Shown here: piece by piece, positions 16,101 through 31,500 of the stretch
Layout of the letters: the number at the start of each line of letters is the position of its first letter
How positions within the stretch are numbered: the first letter of the stretch is position 1
Assembly: GCF_009914755.1 (NCBI RefSeq)
Contig: NC_060931.1
Direction: 5' to 3' (one strand)
From: the human T2T-CHM13v2.0 reference genome, Homo sapiens
DNA: 64,000 bases
Notes under the pieces: generated by a model
Databases searched by the model: none
The model's input: only the letters and a program-made list of their open reading frames with translations
Told to the model about the DNA's origin: nothing
Translations under genes and position numbers: made by a program

Positions 16101-16404
16101 TTTTATTTTTATATTTTTTGTTGTGTATATTTATTTATTTAGAGAGAGGCTCTTGCTCTGTTGCCCAGGCTGGAGTGCTACGGCATGATCATGGCTCACT
16201 GCAGCCTCCACCTCCTGGGCTTAAGCAAATCCTCCTGCCTCAGTCTCCCAAGCAGCTGGGGCGACAGGCACACCCTACCATGCCCAGCTAATTGTTTTTA
16301 TTTTTGTAGAGATGGGGTCCTGCTATGTTGCCCAGGCTGGTCTTGAACTCCTAGCCTCAAGCCATCCTACCCCCTTGGCTTCATGTGTGAGGCCGTGCCC
16401 AGCT
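16101..16404 (-). mobile_element. AluJ with a short deletion near its 5' end
   Basis: atcatggctcactgcagcctccacctcctgggc; ctatgttgcccaggctggtcttgaactcc. Confidence 0.9.
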
Positions 16405-16498
16405 CTTAACTTTTTATTTGTATTAAACGTCTTCTCTTAGTCTGTTATCCATTGGTTATTTTTGTGTAAAATTCCTTCCTTGAAGAATAATCTTTACC

Positions 16499-16643
16499 TT
16501 TTTTTTATTTTTGTTTTTTTAGAGATGGGGTTCTTACAAAGTTGAGTTGCCCAGGTTGGACTCAAACTCCTGGGCTCAAGCAGTCCTCCCATTTTAGCCT
16601 CTCAAGTAGCTGGGACTACAGGCATATGCCACCATGCCCAGCT
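16499..16643 (-). mobile_element. FLAM (free left Alu monomer)
   Basis: Monomer with T-rich tail; TSD aagaataatc(t/a)ttac at 16483-16497 and 16644-16658. Confidence 0.85.
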
Positions 16644-17335
16644 AAGAATAATCATTACTTCAAACGTAGAGAAATTCATCAATTTTTCCTTTTTATGGTT
16701 TATGATTTTTGAATCTGAGTTACAAATTTTTATCCAAAAGTCACAAAGATATTCTTTTGCATTTTTTTCTACTAAATTTTATGTTTTGCCTTTCACATTT
16801 AGGATTTAATTCACTTCTATATATGATGAGTTTTATTTTTCTCCACATAGTGAGCCAATTTTCCTGAGTTTCTACTAAGCAAACCATTTTTTATTCGCCA
16901 ATTTGTGGTATCACTTTTATACCAGTTCCCATACATACCAGAATCTCTAGTCTATTGCATGGGTTCTGTTTATTATTATACCAATAGCACATTACTTTTA
17001 AAAGAATTTTGTAGTTTTTCTAAATAACTTGTAGAACAAGTGTACTGCTCACCCCATCTTCAAATCCTGGGGTCATTTTTTTTTCATTTTCCTTTTCAAA
17101 CTTTGGTTAACATAAGGGGCACATTTATCTTTTCATATCCACTTGGAATCACTTTTGGAAAAAACTCTCCTTGAGTTTTGCCTGAAATTGCATTGAATGT
17201 ATAGATTAATTTGGTAAGAATTGATAGAAAAATAATGTTAAGTTGCCTCATCCATGTACATGGTCTATACTTTCTATTTATTCCAGTCTTGTTTTGGTTC
17301 TTTTAATAGTGCTTCATATTTTCCTCTATTTTTAA

Positions 17336-17711
<376 letters not shown>

Positions 17712-18073
17712 AGGTCTTACTTTCTAGTAAATTTTCTGCTCAATTATTCTTAGTGTGAAAAGAGGTTATTGATTCTTATAAGTTGATCTTATTTGGCAAC
17801 TTAATTTACTTTTTACTAATAGCCAATAAATTTGTTAGTTCTGCTGGGGTTTCCGTACAGATGATTACGTTAGCTGCAAATAAAATACTTCTGTCTTTTG
17901 CTTCTCAATTCTTAAAGTTCTTCTTTTTCATGGGTTATCATTTTAGCCAGGACCTTCAGGGTTTATGGTAAGAACACCAGGGCAGCCATCCTTGTCTTAC
18001 TCCTTATCTAAAAAGAATGTATGTAATATTCATTATTAAAACTGGTGTTCATCGTAGCTTTTTAAAATAAATA

Positions 18074-18119
18074 TTAGGTTGGTGCGAAAGTAATTGCAGC
18101 TTTTGCTATTAAAAGTAAT
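18074..18119. mobile_element. MADE1 half element (Hsmar1 TIR)
   Basis: ttaggttggtgcgaaagtaattgcagcttttgctattaaaagtaat. Confidence 0.8.
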
Positions 18120-18340
18120 AATTGAATAAATTAGGAAAATATCCTTCTAGTCCTTCTAAAAAAATTATGTCATTCATAGACATTGAATTGTAAGTATTTT
18201 TAATAATGATTGAGATAATAATAAGATATTTTTCCATTAGCCTAGTTTTCTACCCTGGAGGGTAAATTGATAAATTTTATATTAAACAATATTCAAATTA
18301 TTGAATAAACCCTTATGTCTTTTAAAACTAGTAAACGTTA

Positions 18341-18612
18341 CTTTTTAGAGCAGTTTGAGGTTCAAACAAAGTGGAGCAGAAAGTATAGAGAGTTTCCGTA
18401 TCCTGCCTGTTCCCACACATACACAGCCTTCCCTGCTATCAGGCACACAGTGGTCCATTTGCAGCTGATGGACCTACACTGACACGTCATTATCACCCAC
18501 CCTTCAGAGTTTATATTAGGGTTCACCATTGGTGCTGTGTACTCTGTGGGTTTGGACAAGTGCATAACGACATGCGTTCATTACTATAATGCCATACAGA
18601 GTAGTTTCACTG
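18341..18612 (-). mobile_element. L1MC-like 3' end
   Basis: tttttagagcagtttgaggttca...gacacgtcattatcaccc...tgtgggtttggacaagtg. Confidence 0.75.
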
Positions 18613-20299
18613 TGGGGGTATAGTTCAAGTGAGAAACCTAGAAAGTTACAACCTAGGCCCACCTCCTTCCATTTCCCTTATCCCTAAGGGAACTTGCCCT
18701 TACATTTGCCTGAGAAAGATCAACCTTTTCTCTGCCGTAAGGACCTGGGGTGGAAGGAAGGCAAGACTGACCTTAATGTTCTCTGTTCACCCCAGCTGCC
18801 ACAGCTGCTGTTTTGCACCCCTTGAGGCAGAATTCCCACTAATTTTCCTTCCCTCGGGTACTTGATCCACTTCTACTGCCTGCTGTTTCTTTTCCTTTCC
18901 ATATTCGTCTCTCCCTGAATTTTTCAGTTTTAAAGATCTGAGAACAATCAACTCCTGTCCTGCTTTTGTTTCATCTCCAGAGTTGGTTTTGGCATCAAGA
19001 GGCAGCATCTTACATTAGTTCTCTTCTGTCAGCCAAAGGAGAGATTTAAACCTTAGTTTGTTTGACTCCAAAACCCATGCTGTATGATGTAATAAATAAA
19101 GAGAAAACTGAGGGCATTAGAGCAACTAGAATTCCAGATGCTATCTTGAATTAAGAAGCAAATAAACAATTGACTTTCCTAGAGAAATTCAAGGGCACAT
19201 ATTTTTTTTCTCTGACCCAGATGTAATAAAACTTCATTGCAGAAAATTTCAAAACAAGTTATTGTAAACTATAAATAACCACTATTTAAATTATGGTATA
19301 TTTCCTTCCAGTTTATTTGAATAAGTTTTTCAAGGCATAAGGAAAAGCAATTTACATTTCTCTTCTTTAAAAAAAACTGCATAAAGAAAAAAGAAAAATC
19401 CTAGGACAGTTCAAAGGGAATCTACTTCAACCTCAAATACAGAGCCATATCCCACTGAGATCTTGGCAAGGATAACCTCCAGCTCCTTAGAACAGTCCTA
19501 TCTCATGCCAGTGATTGAACAAGTCATTCAAAATCCATGACCTATGTCAGTGCATATAAATTTAAAAGAATCCAAAAAAGTTTTGCTACTGTTAGAAGGA
19601 CCTTCTGTTTTCCTCCAAAATGCTTGGACTGTAGCAATTTCATATCCATAGTCCATTGCTTTGTATTTTGGAGGATCTCCCCAGGATCTTTCCCAGGATC
19701 TCCCCTCCTGGGACCAAATTTCTTAGTACAATTGTACCTCCCAGCATTATACTTGGTTGTTAAATGGATAAACTATCCGAAAAAAATTAAAAACTCAACA
19801 ATGGCTTGAGGATCTTTCATCACTTTAGAAAAAACCCGGTTCAATATTCAGCCACTATTGCTTGCTGACCATGACGTACATGGCAGTAACTAACTTAACA
19901 AAAACTCAAAGGAAAACTCAGGCCTTTACTGTATGCTAGAAGGTTCACTGACAACTTTAGTACATTTTAAAGTCCTGTAACTCCGCCTTAACCTCCACTG
20001 TGGCTATGATCTAATATAAACAGAAAATGAGGGAGAGGCATATAAGAAACAAGGTCCGCTGATCAATGATTACATGTTAGCCCGACCTGTGTTTTTTGGC
20101 AGCTAAAATGACACATAATAAAGTGACTTGACTGATGTAAAATTTGATGAGTTTTATTCTCATTTTTTCCATGGGAAAATGAGTTTCCAGGGAGCCCAAG
20201 GCAGAGGAAACCAACCCCCACTCCTTTCTTCACGGGCTTCCACTAATGGACTTACATGTGATTAATGAATCTCTCGAAGTAGCTCCTTTTTTTCCTTTC

Positions 20300-20897
20300 C
20301 TTTTTTTATAATATTACAGCTTTATTGAGATATAATTCACATCTCATACAATATATCCACTCAAAATGTAAAATTCAGCGGTTTTTAGTGTATTCACAGA
20401 GCTGTGCAAGCCATCATTAGAGTCCATGCTGAAACATTTTCATCATCCCCAAAAGAAATTCTGTATCCATTGGCAGTCACTCTCCATTTTCCCCCAACCT
20501 CCTCATCTCAAGCTCAGGCAACTACTATTATACTTTGTCTTTACAGATTTGTCTATCATAGACAATTAATATAAAAGGGACTGTATAATACATGGCCTTT
20601 GTGTCTGGCTTCTTTCATTTAGCATAGTGTTTTTGAGGTTTATCCACATTGTATCATGTATCAATAGTATATGTCTTTTTATTACCAAATAATATTCCAT
20701 TGTATAGAAATAACACATGGTATTTATCACTTCATTAACTGTGTTTACTTTTTAGCTGTTATGAATAATACTGCTATGAACTTTCAGGTACAAGATTTTG
20801 TGCAGGTGTGTTTTTATTTTTCTTGGGTACATACATAGGAGTGGAATTGCCAGGTCATATTGTAACTCAAAATTAAACTTTTAAGGAACTGCCAGAA
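20300..20897 (-). mobile_element. L1MB-like 3' end
   Basis: gctttattgagatataattcaca...tctggcttctttcatttagcata...aggagtggaattgc...aggaactgccaga. Confidence 0.85.
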
Positions 20898-20924
20898 CTC
20901 CCATCTTTGATCTGGTTAATTCGT

Positions 20925-21162
20925 CTTCCTTCAAAAGACACTTATCCAGAAATGTCCCTACTCTTTATCTGCTCTAATTCCCCTATTTTTCCCTGTCATA
21001 ACACACAGTACTTCATAGCAATTGGTACATTTGTGATTCCATAGCTACCTGGATGCGGACTCTATGAACAATAGTTATGTAGCTCATCACTGGATCTCAA
21101 GCCTGTAGCACAGTGTTTGATACCTAGTAGGCACTCAATAAATATCTACTGAATGAATAAAA
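20925..21162 (+). mobile_element. L2 3' end
   Basis: tagtaggcactcaataaatatctactgaatgaa terminus. Confidence 0.7.
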
Positions 21163-22964
21163 TGAGAGTCACTATTTTCTATAAGCCTACAAAGCTGACA
21201 TACCAAGGTATTTTATATAGGAATCACATATCTTTATTTTTTTAGCCTGAAATTCACCAGTCATGATATTTTTCCATTAAATTTGCTCAATAATTTTTGA
21301 TTATCCAGAAATCATCAAATATACTGGCCTAGAAAATCAGGATGCATAAGGAGGGTATCACAGAGGATGAAAGTTTTAGTCCCAGCTTACACCTGCAATC
21401 GCAACCATTGATCCTATCACACTTAGTGCTTTTTTCTGGGAAGCAAGAGAATACAAACCACCCCATGCCATTAAGCTCTAAAGTTAAACCAAGATAACTA
21501 GACCCTATTGTCTTACAAGTTGGAGTTGTACATGGTAGATATGTGTTAAATATTGTTTGTTTTGAATATAATTTATCCATGTAACTATTTCTCTCATTTC
21601 AAATATTGGAGTTCATTTCCTATTGTTTGCATAGATTGGTACAATTTTCCTGGAGGGCCATTTGATTAAAGATGTGCTTTCTTAAGTGTGCATATGTCTT
21701 GATTCACAAATCCACTTCTAGGATGTGATTTTGGAGAGATAAACCAAGGTGTGTGTGTGTATATGTGTATGCAAAATTTAAAACTTTTTAATTAAAAAAT
21801 CATATTATATTTTACAAGAAAACTGCAGCCACAACATTCTTTGGGTAAGAGGGCTTTAGGAAAATGTGTGCTTTCATTAGCAAAAGAAGTCATGTGAAAA
21901 ATAAACATGAATTTTCTATTGTAACTGTATGTTGTTGCATAGACAGAGTGTTTGGTCTCAAAGCTTTCCTTCCTGATTATATCAGAAAGATTTTTGAAAT
22001 TTTGAGGGATGCTTCCCTGGGTGCTTAGGAAATTCATCTTTGATTCTGATGTTTTGTTTCCTGAAAAAAGTATTTTTGAATATTAAAATATAAGAATCAA
22101 GACAAGTGTTACTGTTAAGAGTAGAATAAGGAGTTTGTGTACTTTGATGATTTTTAAGTCTCTGAATCTTGAGGGTAAAGAATCTGAATGCGTTTTATTA
22201 AGTATTCAGTTGTGATTTTCTGGCTGGGTTGATAACTATGAGTTATGACAGTGGAATAGGAATCAAATACTTCATTATGGCTCCACTTGCCCCACCACCT
22301 TCATTTTGCTCTCCAGTGAAGTGTGAAGTATAAGGATGTGATTAATATTGTCTACAAGGGATTCATGGTCATCTCTGACTCTCTGACTTTCAGGCCCATG
22401 GTCAGTTTTAGGAAGCAGAGGGAATATGTGCCATCAAATTCTTAATCTTGAAAGCAGAAAAGTGGTGTGCAATAAGGCAATCCACCTTAAGCTGTTTAGA
22501 TGAATAGAAAAAAAAATGCATAATTAGGACCAGTCTGAGCTCTCAGCTCTCAGATCTATAGTACCTGGAAACCATGGAAGCCATCTGAGTGCCTCTGAAG
22601 TAGATTTGGTTGGAAAATGGAAACATACGCCCCAACAATAGCAAATAGCATTTGGGGACTCACTGATTTGAGATTAAGTTGACATTTAAGTGGGGCCTTT
22701 ACCCCTAAACTATCAGAACAGTGCAGCCAACAAATTTGTCTGTGAGGGGGAAGCAGAGGAAATGTATTGGGTCATTTGAAATAAAATCTCTCACAGCTGA
22801 CCCGTGAGAGGTGCTGATGGCTTCCAGATGGAGCTTTGTCCAGTTCCCATTGGCCAGATGTCTGGGCCTGTCCAGCAGGATTGTTTTGTATGTAGAGTGG
22901 GGAACCATGGAAATAGCATCAGGATTGACCAAGGGCTTACCCCTGAAATAAGAAAATTCCAGTC

Positions 22965-23215
22965 AGAGGTGTGGTCTATAGTTTGAAGCTCATTCAGTGC
23001 ACTGACTGGCTTTAAACTCCAGCTCCATTCCATCAGAGCTCTGTGCCTTTGGGCAAGTTATTTAAACTCTCTGAGAATTAGTTACTTCATCTGTAAGATG
23101 GGGAGAATAAGAAGGAACACAGGCTTGCAGAATTGTTGTGAGGAATACAAGAGGTGATCCATGTGACATACTGACTCAATAGCCCTTAATAAATGCTAGC
23201 CATTTATAATTATTA
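22965..23215 (+). mobile_element. MIR
   Basis: ttgggcaagttatttaaactctctga...catctgtaagatgggga core. Confidence 0.75.
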
Positions 23216-24204
23216 ATTTCATTGTCATCACCTTTCTATTACACAAACATCGACTGAGCACCTGTGCTATGCCTGGAGCTTTGCTGCGTCCTGCAATGCA
23301 AACATGAGTAGAACCTGGTCATGGTTTTCAGGAACTTCAGTCAATTATAGGAGACTGAGAAATAAACCACTAACTGCCCAGAGTGGATGAGTGGTGACAG
23401 GGATGTGCACACAGTGTTTCAGAAGAGGGGAGAGGAGAGTGACACATCCCCCCACCATTGCCACACACTGGCATCAGGCTTGGCAATGCCATTTCAATAA
23501 GTTTAAGACAGCCCCATAAAATAGCCCTATTCTCCCACTCAACAGGTGAGAAAACTGAGGCAAAAGTACTTTGCTAAGTTCACAAAGCTAGTATACAGCA
23601 AAGTTTGGTTCGTCTTGCCTTGTCCTCTCTCTACTCAACCAGGCTGTCTCCTGAGCACCAAGAACACCTGGATGGCAGGCCAGAAAATGGTCCACAAATT
23701 AGGGAAAGTTTCTATTCTAGATAAATAAATAAAAGTTCTGCAAATGGCAAAGGGCAAGAAAATCTCATTCCCACCAGGCAATGGGAATAGTATGTTTAAA
23801 AGTATGAAATCATGAAGACAGTGTAGACAGACAACTACAGTTGCTGCACTGGGTCTAGAAAATAGGTTCTGGGTACGCAGGTGGAGTCTGTGAAGAGCCA
23901 GGGGAAATGAGGAATGAGACTACAAAAGTCAGTGGGGACTAAAGCACAAAAGGACACTGTCGGTGATCAGAAAGTGTGAATTTATTTGCTATGATATGTG
24001 CCTTTCATCTAGTCAGTCTCTCGGCTTAGCATGAGCCATCGGCGGACACTCATGAATTCCACTCCATAGCAGAATAGAGGGATGAGCTGGAATTAATGGG
24101 AATTAGGCACAGTTTGAAGATCTCTAACACCTCCAATTGCCTGCAGGCAAAGAAAAGTGCTCCAGTTCATGGATTTTAATGCAGTTCTTCCCTAAATGCA
24201 GTGA

Positions 24205-24780
24205 ATTCCACAAATAGAAATTAAGTGCTTACTTTGTAGAATGCACAGGTTTAAGTATCAAAGGTCTATAGGCATGAACAGAAGAAATTCTTGTCTTTCT
24301 GGAGTTCACTTCTTAGTTGAGAGACACAGAGACTAAATGTCACAACAAGTCAATCATACAGGATGGTGGTAAGTGTCACTGAAAAAATAGGGCAGAGGAA
24401 GGGGGTGCATAGGGCTAGCCAGGGGCATTGGTCACAATTTCAAATAGGATAGTCAGGGGAGGCCTCACACACAAAGAGATATTAAAGCAAGATTTAAAGA
24501 TGTGAGAGAAAGAACCAGATCTTGGAAAAGATAATCCCAGCCAAGAGAACAACCTGGGCTAGGGCTGAGGCAGGCTCACACCCGATGCATTTGAGGACCA
24601 GAGTGGAGTCATTCATGACTGGGACTGAGCACATGAAGGGGACAGTGGAGAGCTTCTGGCTCAGAAGTGCCTGGGAGTTAAAGGGGGAAGTCATTGGTGG
24701 GTTCTGAGCAAATGAGCAAACCTGGACTGACTTAGATTTGAAAAGGTCCCCCACTCTGTCCTCTGTGGTGAGAATAGACA
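24205..24780 (-). mobile_element. L2 fragment
   Basis: Purine-rich antisense L2 (agtcaggggaggcctc..., atttgaaaaggtccccactctg). Confidence 0.6.
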
Positions 24781-24825
24781 TAAATAAAAATTTAAACCAA
24801 GAGTAGCTAGATGCCTCACTAGATC

Positions 24826-25088
24826 AATGGCTCTCAAACTTTTGGACTGTGATTCTTGGGAAAGAACACATTCTACATGATGACTAGGATATATGCACAC
24901 ACATACGTAACTACTGCAGAATTCTATAATGACACCAGTTGCTTGGTTACTCATGCTACATAGGATGAACTCTGATGTTTTCTATCCTAGTTTAGGTTAC
25001 TCTATTTCACTTTCAAAATGTCTGTTTGTCACCCAATAAACTGACTTTATGAGTATATCAGTTATAATCTGCAGTTTTGAAAACACTT
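24826..25088 (+). mobile_element. hAT-Charlie non-autonomous element (Charlie18a-like)
   Basis: caatggctctcaaactttt...cagttttgaaaacacttg TIR-like ends. Confidence 0.5.
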
Positions 25089-25427
25089 GAAAAGGGATCT
25101 TTGGTCATAATGTTGCATTGTGTATATATGGTGGTCCATAGCTGTCTTGGTGCTGAATACCCTAGATAAGGCAGAGATCCATTAGTTTGTAACATAATGG
25201 AAATAATATTAAGTCCAATATATTCTTGTGGTAGAAGCAACTGATGACAATATTTACCTTTAGGTAAATCAGAGATATAGCTCCTTAAACTATGGATTAA
25301 GCTGTCAGATTAGATAAACTAAGGTCAAATATTAAGTGGGAAGGAAATAAAATATAGCTGCAGTGCACATGAGAAATCAGTGTGTATAAAATGTGTTAAA
25401 AGTTTAATTAAAGAATGAAATGTTAAA

Positions 25428-25550
25428 GCAGGGTGCAGTGCTGTGCACCTGTAATCTCAGCTACACAGGAATATCATTTGAGCCCCAGGGGCTTAAGACC
25501 AGCCTAGGCAACTTAGCAGATCCCATCTCAATAAAAAAGAAAGAAAAAAA
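25428..25550 (+). mobile_element. Degenerate FLAM monomer
   Basis: cacctgtaatctcagctac...agaccagcctaggcaac...A-rich tail; aaatgtta on both flanks. Confidence 0.75.
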
Positions 25551-28500
25551 TGTTAGCTTTTTCTATGACCAATATATACCATGACTAGGGAAATATTCAT
25601 ACCTAACCGATTTACTGAATGCTGGTTTTTGTTTTCTAAAACTTTTTCTTTCACATAGAAGGAAAATTTTCCATTACAGATAGTATTTTTTTGCAGCCAT
25701 AGAGTATGCCTATTAAACTGGACATTACACCCAGCATAGTGCTACTGGAGACATCCAGGCTATAGGAAAACACTCCGGTAACATGGCTGGACCTGGAATC
25801 AGTCACTTTGTAATGTATGCTCGGAGTATGTTATTTATGTAAGGTTGAGTGACCCTTTTTCAGGCTCTTAGCCACCCTTTGAACCTTTGCCCATGTATAT
25901 TATCAACCTTCAGTTGATATGCTGAAATATTTGGATGCCGAGTTTATAGCAGGGACTAAAGCAGGGGGTGTCAAAACACGACAAGAAAGGCTTTTTCTTG
26001 TTTGATTTCTGGCAGGGATCAGAGTGAAAGTGATGGAAGGCTTGGGAAAAAGCCCAATCCTGTCAGTTATTCTAGCCAACTTGGCAGACTCCATAGGTTT
26101 AGAGAGTTCAGATGAGCTTTGTGTCCATAAACCTTTGAATACTTATAGAGGAACTAATCTTCCTGTCTGAGATTTTCTGAGGTTCAACACATCTCATTGC
26201 TCTGGAGCCAAACTTCTAACTACAATCAGATCCTTCTCTTTCCCAAAAACAGCAACACGAAAAGGCATTGAGTTCTGATCGCATGTGCCAAACCTAAACT
26301 CACAGAAAATGGCAAAAACGTTGATAGAATATGTGCTGTACCTCACCTGGATAAAGATTCTTATTACTGTCTCAGCTTTGTAGTGTACACCCCTCAAAAC
26401 CATCTGGAGTGTTTTGTTTGTCTGTTTTGTGTTTTTAAAGCTATGAGAGCTAACACAAACCTTTTAAATGTGAAAATTTCTGCTTTGCCCCAGGAAGTTA
26501 TAGACTAATTTTTAGTGTTCTTTATAAGGGAGAAGATTATTTACTGATTTGTGTTTTATAAGTGAAGAGTGTGTGTGTATGTGTATATAAAATAATTTAT
26601 GATTTACATATACTCTAAAGCTACTTAGTAGTTAAAAATTTCATGATTCAATTTTTTTATCTGTCATATAATTTGTTCTAGATAAGCCCTTAATAAAAAT
26701 CAAGATTTTCCAGAGAAACTACACTATCTGGCAGCCTGTAATACTGAGCAAAGAAGGAAAGGCTCTAATAAGGAATCTGAGCTTTTTACTAGACTCACAG
26801 TTTTTATGTTATACAGATCTCGGATATTCTTCCTAGGGCTTTGTAGAGGTCTGTGCAAGTCTCCACGTAGATCTAAATTATCTCCAATACACACATTTCC
26901 TTGAGAACATTCTTATTGAAACCACATTTTCAACCTTAAGTCCCTGGTGTTACTGTGCCTACGAGGCTGGCTCAGAACCAGAAATATGTCTCACATATTA
27001 CTGCCACATTTCCTGAGTGAATTCAGGGTTCCAGTTGCAGGCTGAATTTTCTCTGAACTGTAGATACATTCAAGAAAGGCCATGTCTTATAAAATAACCG
27101 GAGAATGCTGGCAGGCACACTTCCAGGAGGCATGTTTTTTATGCCCAGTGCTACCATAGAGTCCTCTGGGTGTGTGTATCTTCCAGCTTGGTCGGCAGGC
27201 CAGTTGGCATTCATTCTATAACACATCCCAAATGTATAAGTAGGTCACCAGAAATGGCCCCTCATGGATAAAAGAACAGAGCATTCGCTGAAGGGAGAAA
27301 AGTCGGGAGGGAAGACAATTTATAGGTGTTTCTTCATTACCTATATACAGAGTCCTTCACCCAATGTCTAACATTGATCTTCCCACTGCAAATATTGATA
27401 GTGTGAACACCCAGAAAGAATGTAATATGCTTCAAACACCTAACAGAAATCAAACCAAAGAATAGGAAATACACTCTCATGTCGTAATTTTGCAAAGCTA
27501 GTTTTTACCGCTGTATCATAGATTCAACAAAAAGAGAGCTCCATTATGCTTCAACCATTCAGTATTTGTGTTTGTCTCTTTCTATTTCAGCTTTGTCTTA
27601 GATAGCTTTCTAATGTGTTTGTTGGTTTTGACAATACTTGAGACTGTATCAATAGGAACTAACACATTTTAATTTCAATTTAAAATGAAACTCATCATAG
27701 TAAACAAAATTGCAAAACTAGTTTTTCATATTGGAATAACCTCTGTAATTTTTAATGGATGCCAGTGTATTCCACTTGTGGATAATTATTAGAAGGCATT
27801 TAAGGGCTTTGCTTTCCAACCCCAGATTTCTAAGAGCCACTTACATAGAATCTCATGAACATTCTTATGACGGCCTCTGTACAAAGAAAAGAAATGAACT
27901 AACGCCCTACCTTGTAGGAGATTGTATTTTAAATTTTTTGCTCAAATTGATGAAGATAAACTCAGAAGTCTTGCTAGAAAAAGATAATAAACATTCGCCC
28001 CATTTATAATTTAGGACACCTAAATATTTCCACTGTTCTTTGATCTTACTGAACTGAACAATCCCAAGGGTACCTATATATCTACATTTTATTGTGGGGA
28101 GGGGTTAATATGGACTGTTTTTAGACTAAAAAGCCTTCCAGACCCAAAGGAATTAAACTCTAATGGTGCCATTCCTGAAACTGGGGCAGGCAGTTGGGCG
28201 GAGATGGGTGTAGAGAAAAAGCCACAGTCTTTTCTGCCAGAGAACAGGCACATCTGTCCACTGGAAAGGTCAGCCGTGTCTGTTCTCTGGCAGAGAGGAC
28301 TGTGGCTTTTTCTCTACCCTCATCCCCATTCCATGGAACCAAAGCCAGCTCCTAGGAGCATACCAGGCACTTAATGAACAACTTCATTATTCTTTCAGGA
28401 GAGCACTAGCCACAAATCTAAGGAGTTTGGAGAAGAATTTTTCTTGGATCTATTTTAGTATTTTTTCTTCCACACTTAAATGTGGATAGACAAGATGGTT

Positions 28501-31500
28501 CCTCATTCAGTCAGAAGAATGCATGTCAGGCCACAGTAGAGCATCAGTGTTAAACATTCTTTCCTACTGGAGAACACAGGTTGGGAAGACACAGCCGTGA
28601 ATGCAGAGACAGTCCTGCCCAAGGGAGGCTTGGCAAAGCACTCTGCCTTTCCTGCTAAAATCCTAGGGGTGACTAACTTCCCTACTCCTGGTACTTACTC
28701 AGCAGATCACCAGACCATGTTGTATGATGAGGAAAAAGAAGCACTATGGTAGTATAAATTCCATGAGTATGTCCATGTATAATGAAGGCAAGACTACCCA
28801 GAAGGAAAATAATACAGGGATTGTCTACAAGTGTAAAGGGTGTGTTTTCTCCATCTGCAGAGGCTGCAGCAATAATGAGAGACAGCACCTTAATAAGCCA
28901 GGGCTCAGTTCCCAATAAGACTTTGAAAGTGATCTGGCTCAACGCACATCAGCATTCAATTGTGCTGAGCATTAAGAGCTTAGGTGCACACAGCAGAGTA
29001 TACTAATGAAACATTCCTAGGCTTGTTGCCCTCGAGAAACACGCTTTCTGTAGAGTCATAGTGGGCACACTTCTCTTCTATGATTTACTATTTTTAATTT
29101 GTTTTGCTGTTGTAAATAGTGACTGGGAGCAAAAGAGTTAGATGAAGTAAAAGAGTTAGAGTTACTGAACGTGCATATACCGATTATGACTTGAACTTAC
29201 TTGGGATTAGAGTTCTCACTATTACTTACTTTATTTTATTTTATAAGAATTTTGATTTTGAAAAGATTGGGTATTACTTACAAAATAATAATACCTACTG
29301 GGTTTTCTGCATCAGATTCTATACCAACTATTAAGAAGAGAGAGAGAGAATGACCAAGGACATGAGCAGGAAAACAATGAATTTGAACTCTAGTAAGAGG
29401 GAGAGGAAAAACTACCTTACTGAAGGGGATTAGGAAGTCTTCACAGTCAAGACCACAGAAATCTGGTTTTCCAGAGGAAAAATGAGGCTGAAGAGGTGAT
29501 AATGGACTACAGGCCAAGCTCTGATGACATGATTGTGGTATACAACAAAATACGAAACTCCTTCTCCCAAGGGTTAGACTGAGCTAACCTTAAAAGTCAA
29601 GTTATTACGATTATGTAATTTCGGGAAAAATGACACACCAAACTTTTAAAACAAAAGTGTCAAGAAAAAGAGAGACAAAAAGAAAAAGGAGGACGACGTG
29701 ACAGGAGAACAAAAGAGAAAAAGAGGAGATAAAATCATTTCCTAAGCCTAAGGCAGCATTTCCCTTGATCTTCCTGGTAGATGAGCGATTTTTCAAACCC
29801 AAACAATGTTTCATGGGGAGTTACAATTCTGCCTCTGGGGACCCCAGGGGAGGTGGAGCTGAGGTGAGGGAGAAGTGAAATGAGTTTCCAGGTCCAGGCT
29901 CTACTGCTTCTCAAATAATGATTTCTACTATAGATGTAACTTGTTCCCAGAAAATTATTTGGAGTCTGGGGCATAAGACAGTTTGAAAACCACCTTCTAA
30001 GTTATCATACCTTATGGTACTATTTAGCATGATTTTTCAGATGATATTCATGATGGGGCCTCCTTGGCATTCCTTCAAGCCAAGTGAAAAAAATCAGAAG
30101 GCTTAATGCCTCAATCAACCTGTCTCTTTCATCCCCCGTAATATCCCATTGCAAGAGTACATTAACCTAGGCAACCGGCATAGTGTCAATTTCTTTGCTT
30201 CTCTTGGAGGGCCATAACTGTCAGTGGAAATTATTTTAGTTATGTCAGCTCTGCAGAGGAAAGTACAAAAACAAGGGAGTCTAAGTCCTTGGAGTTCTAC
30301 GTTTGTCTCAGTCTTCAACTTGCTTCCTCAAGAGATAATATGTGGATTCTTTTCATATGCCAGGTTCCTAAAGAAACCCCACCACCACCACTAATTTCCC
30401 ATCTTTGCAGTTCCTTTGCCCAACCCCGCAGAACAGCTACTTCTTGTCTAAATTACAACTATAAGGAAATCTCATAGGTATCTTTCTTTTATACTTTCAT
30501 GGTGGATTTCAGGCATTGCCTCAGGGATTCAGTTACTAAACCTAGTTTAAATGGAAACATTTTTCATTGTAAATGAAACTTAGATCCTTAAGACTTAGAG
30601 AACTTGTAATATTGGCCATAATTAATTCATGTGATGGAGAGGGGAATACTCCAAATTTCCTTGTTTTTTTGAACTAGATAGTTTACTATCCCTTGTAGAG
30701 CATTCCTAATCCACTATATTTAAGTGTGGTTGAGATGTCTCAAAATCCTATGCATTCTGACATTTATATTTCTTAATAGATTTATAACTCATTTCTGTGC
30801 TATAATTAGAGTTTTATACTTCTAAATCAAAACCATTCATCAATTTTCATGTCCTTGCACCAGAACGTCTACATGTAATAGAATTGCTTAGAGACCCCTA
30901 GATCTTTGCTAATCACATTAGTAAATTCTTCCTTGGTACCCTATCTTATTATGGCAACAACATGTGTTTCAAATTTCAGCCACTCACAAGTCATTTCTTA
31001 CAGAAGACGGAGTGCATTGCACATGTCTAAATGATGAGCATATGTTAGCACACAGACATACACATGAACATACTCTGAGTCAAAGTGTGCTATTGGGACT
31101 ATAACCCATCTGGCCAATGAAAGTTATAGATGAGCATTTGAGGACTGACTCTTCTAATTCACATAATTAATAAAGCTTGTTTAAAATGGAAGGCTCATAT
31201 TGCTATATTTATTTACAGTGTTGCCATCTTAACTAATAGACTCATTTACTATTCCTGAATTCAAGTTATGGCTTTCTATCTCTTGGAAGGTTTCAGTCCA
31301 AATCAATTACAGCTTGTGGTCACTATGCCCTTGTCTGCTGTAGTAATAATGTGCCCAGCTGAAATCTTTCTTTGAAGTATTAGAGACATCATACCAGAAA
31401 ATACTTACCTTCAGTGAAGTTTCACAATTCCTTTGGATACCTGCTAAATCTGACAACCTGCTGTACATTGTTGAAATTTCAAGTGTTTTCTACTCTGAAA

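Noticed and set aside
19672-19705. Three aggatct(c/t)cc repeats resembling kB sites
   Set aside because: Do not fit GGGRNNYYCC; simple micro-tandem repeat.
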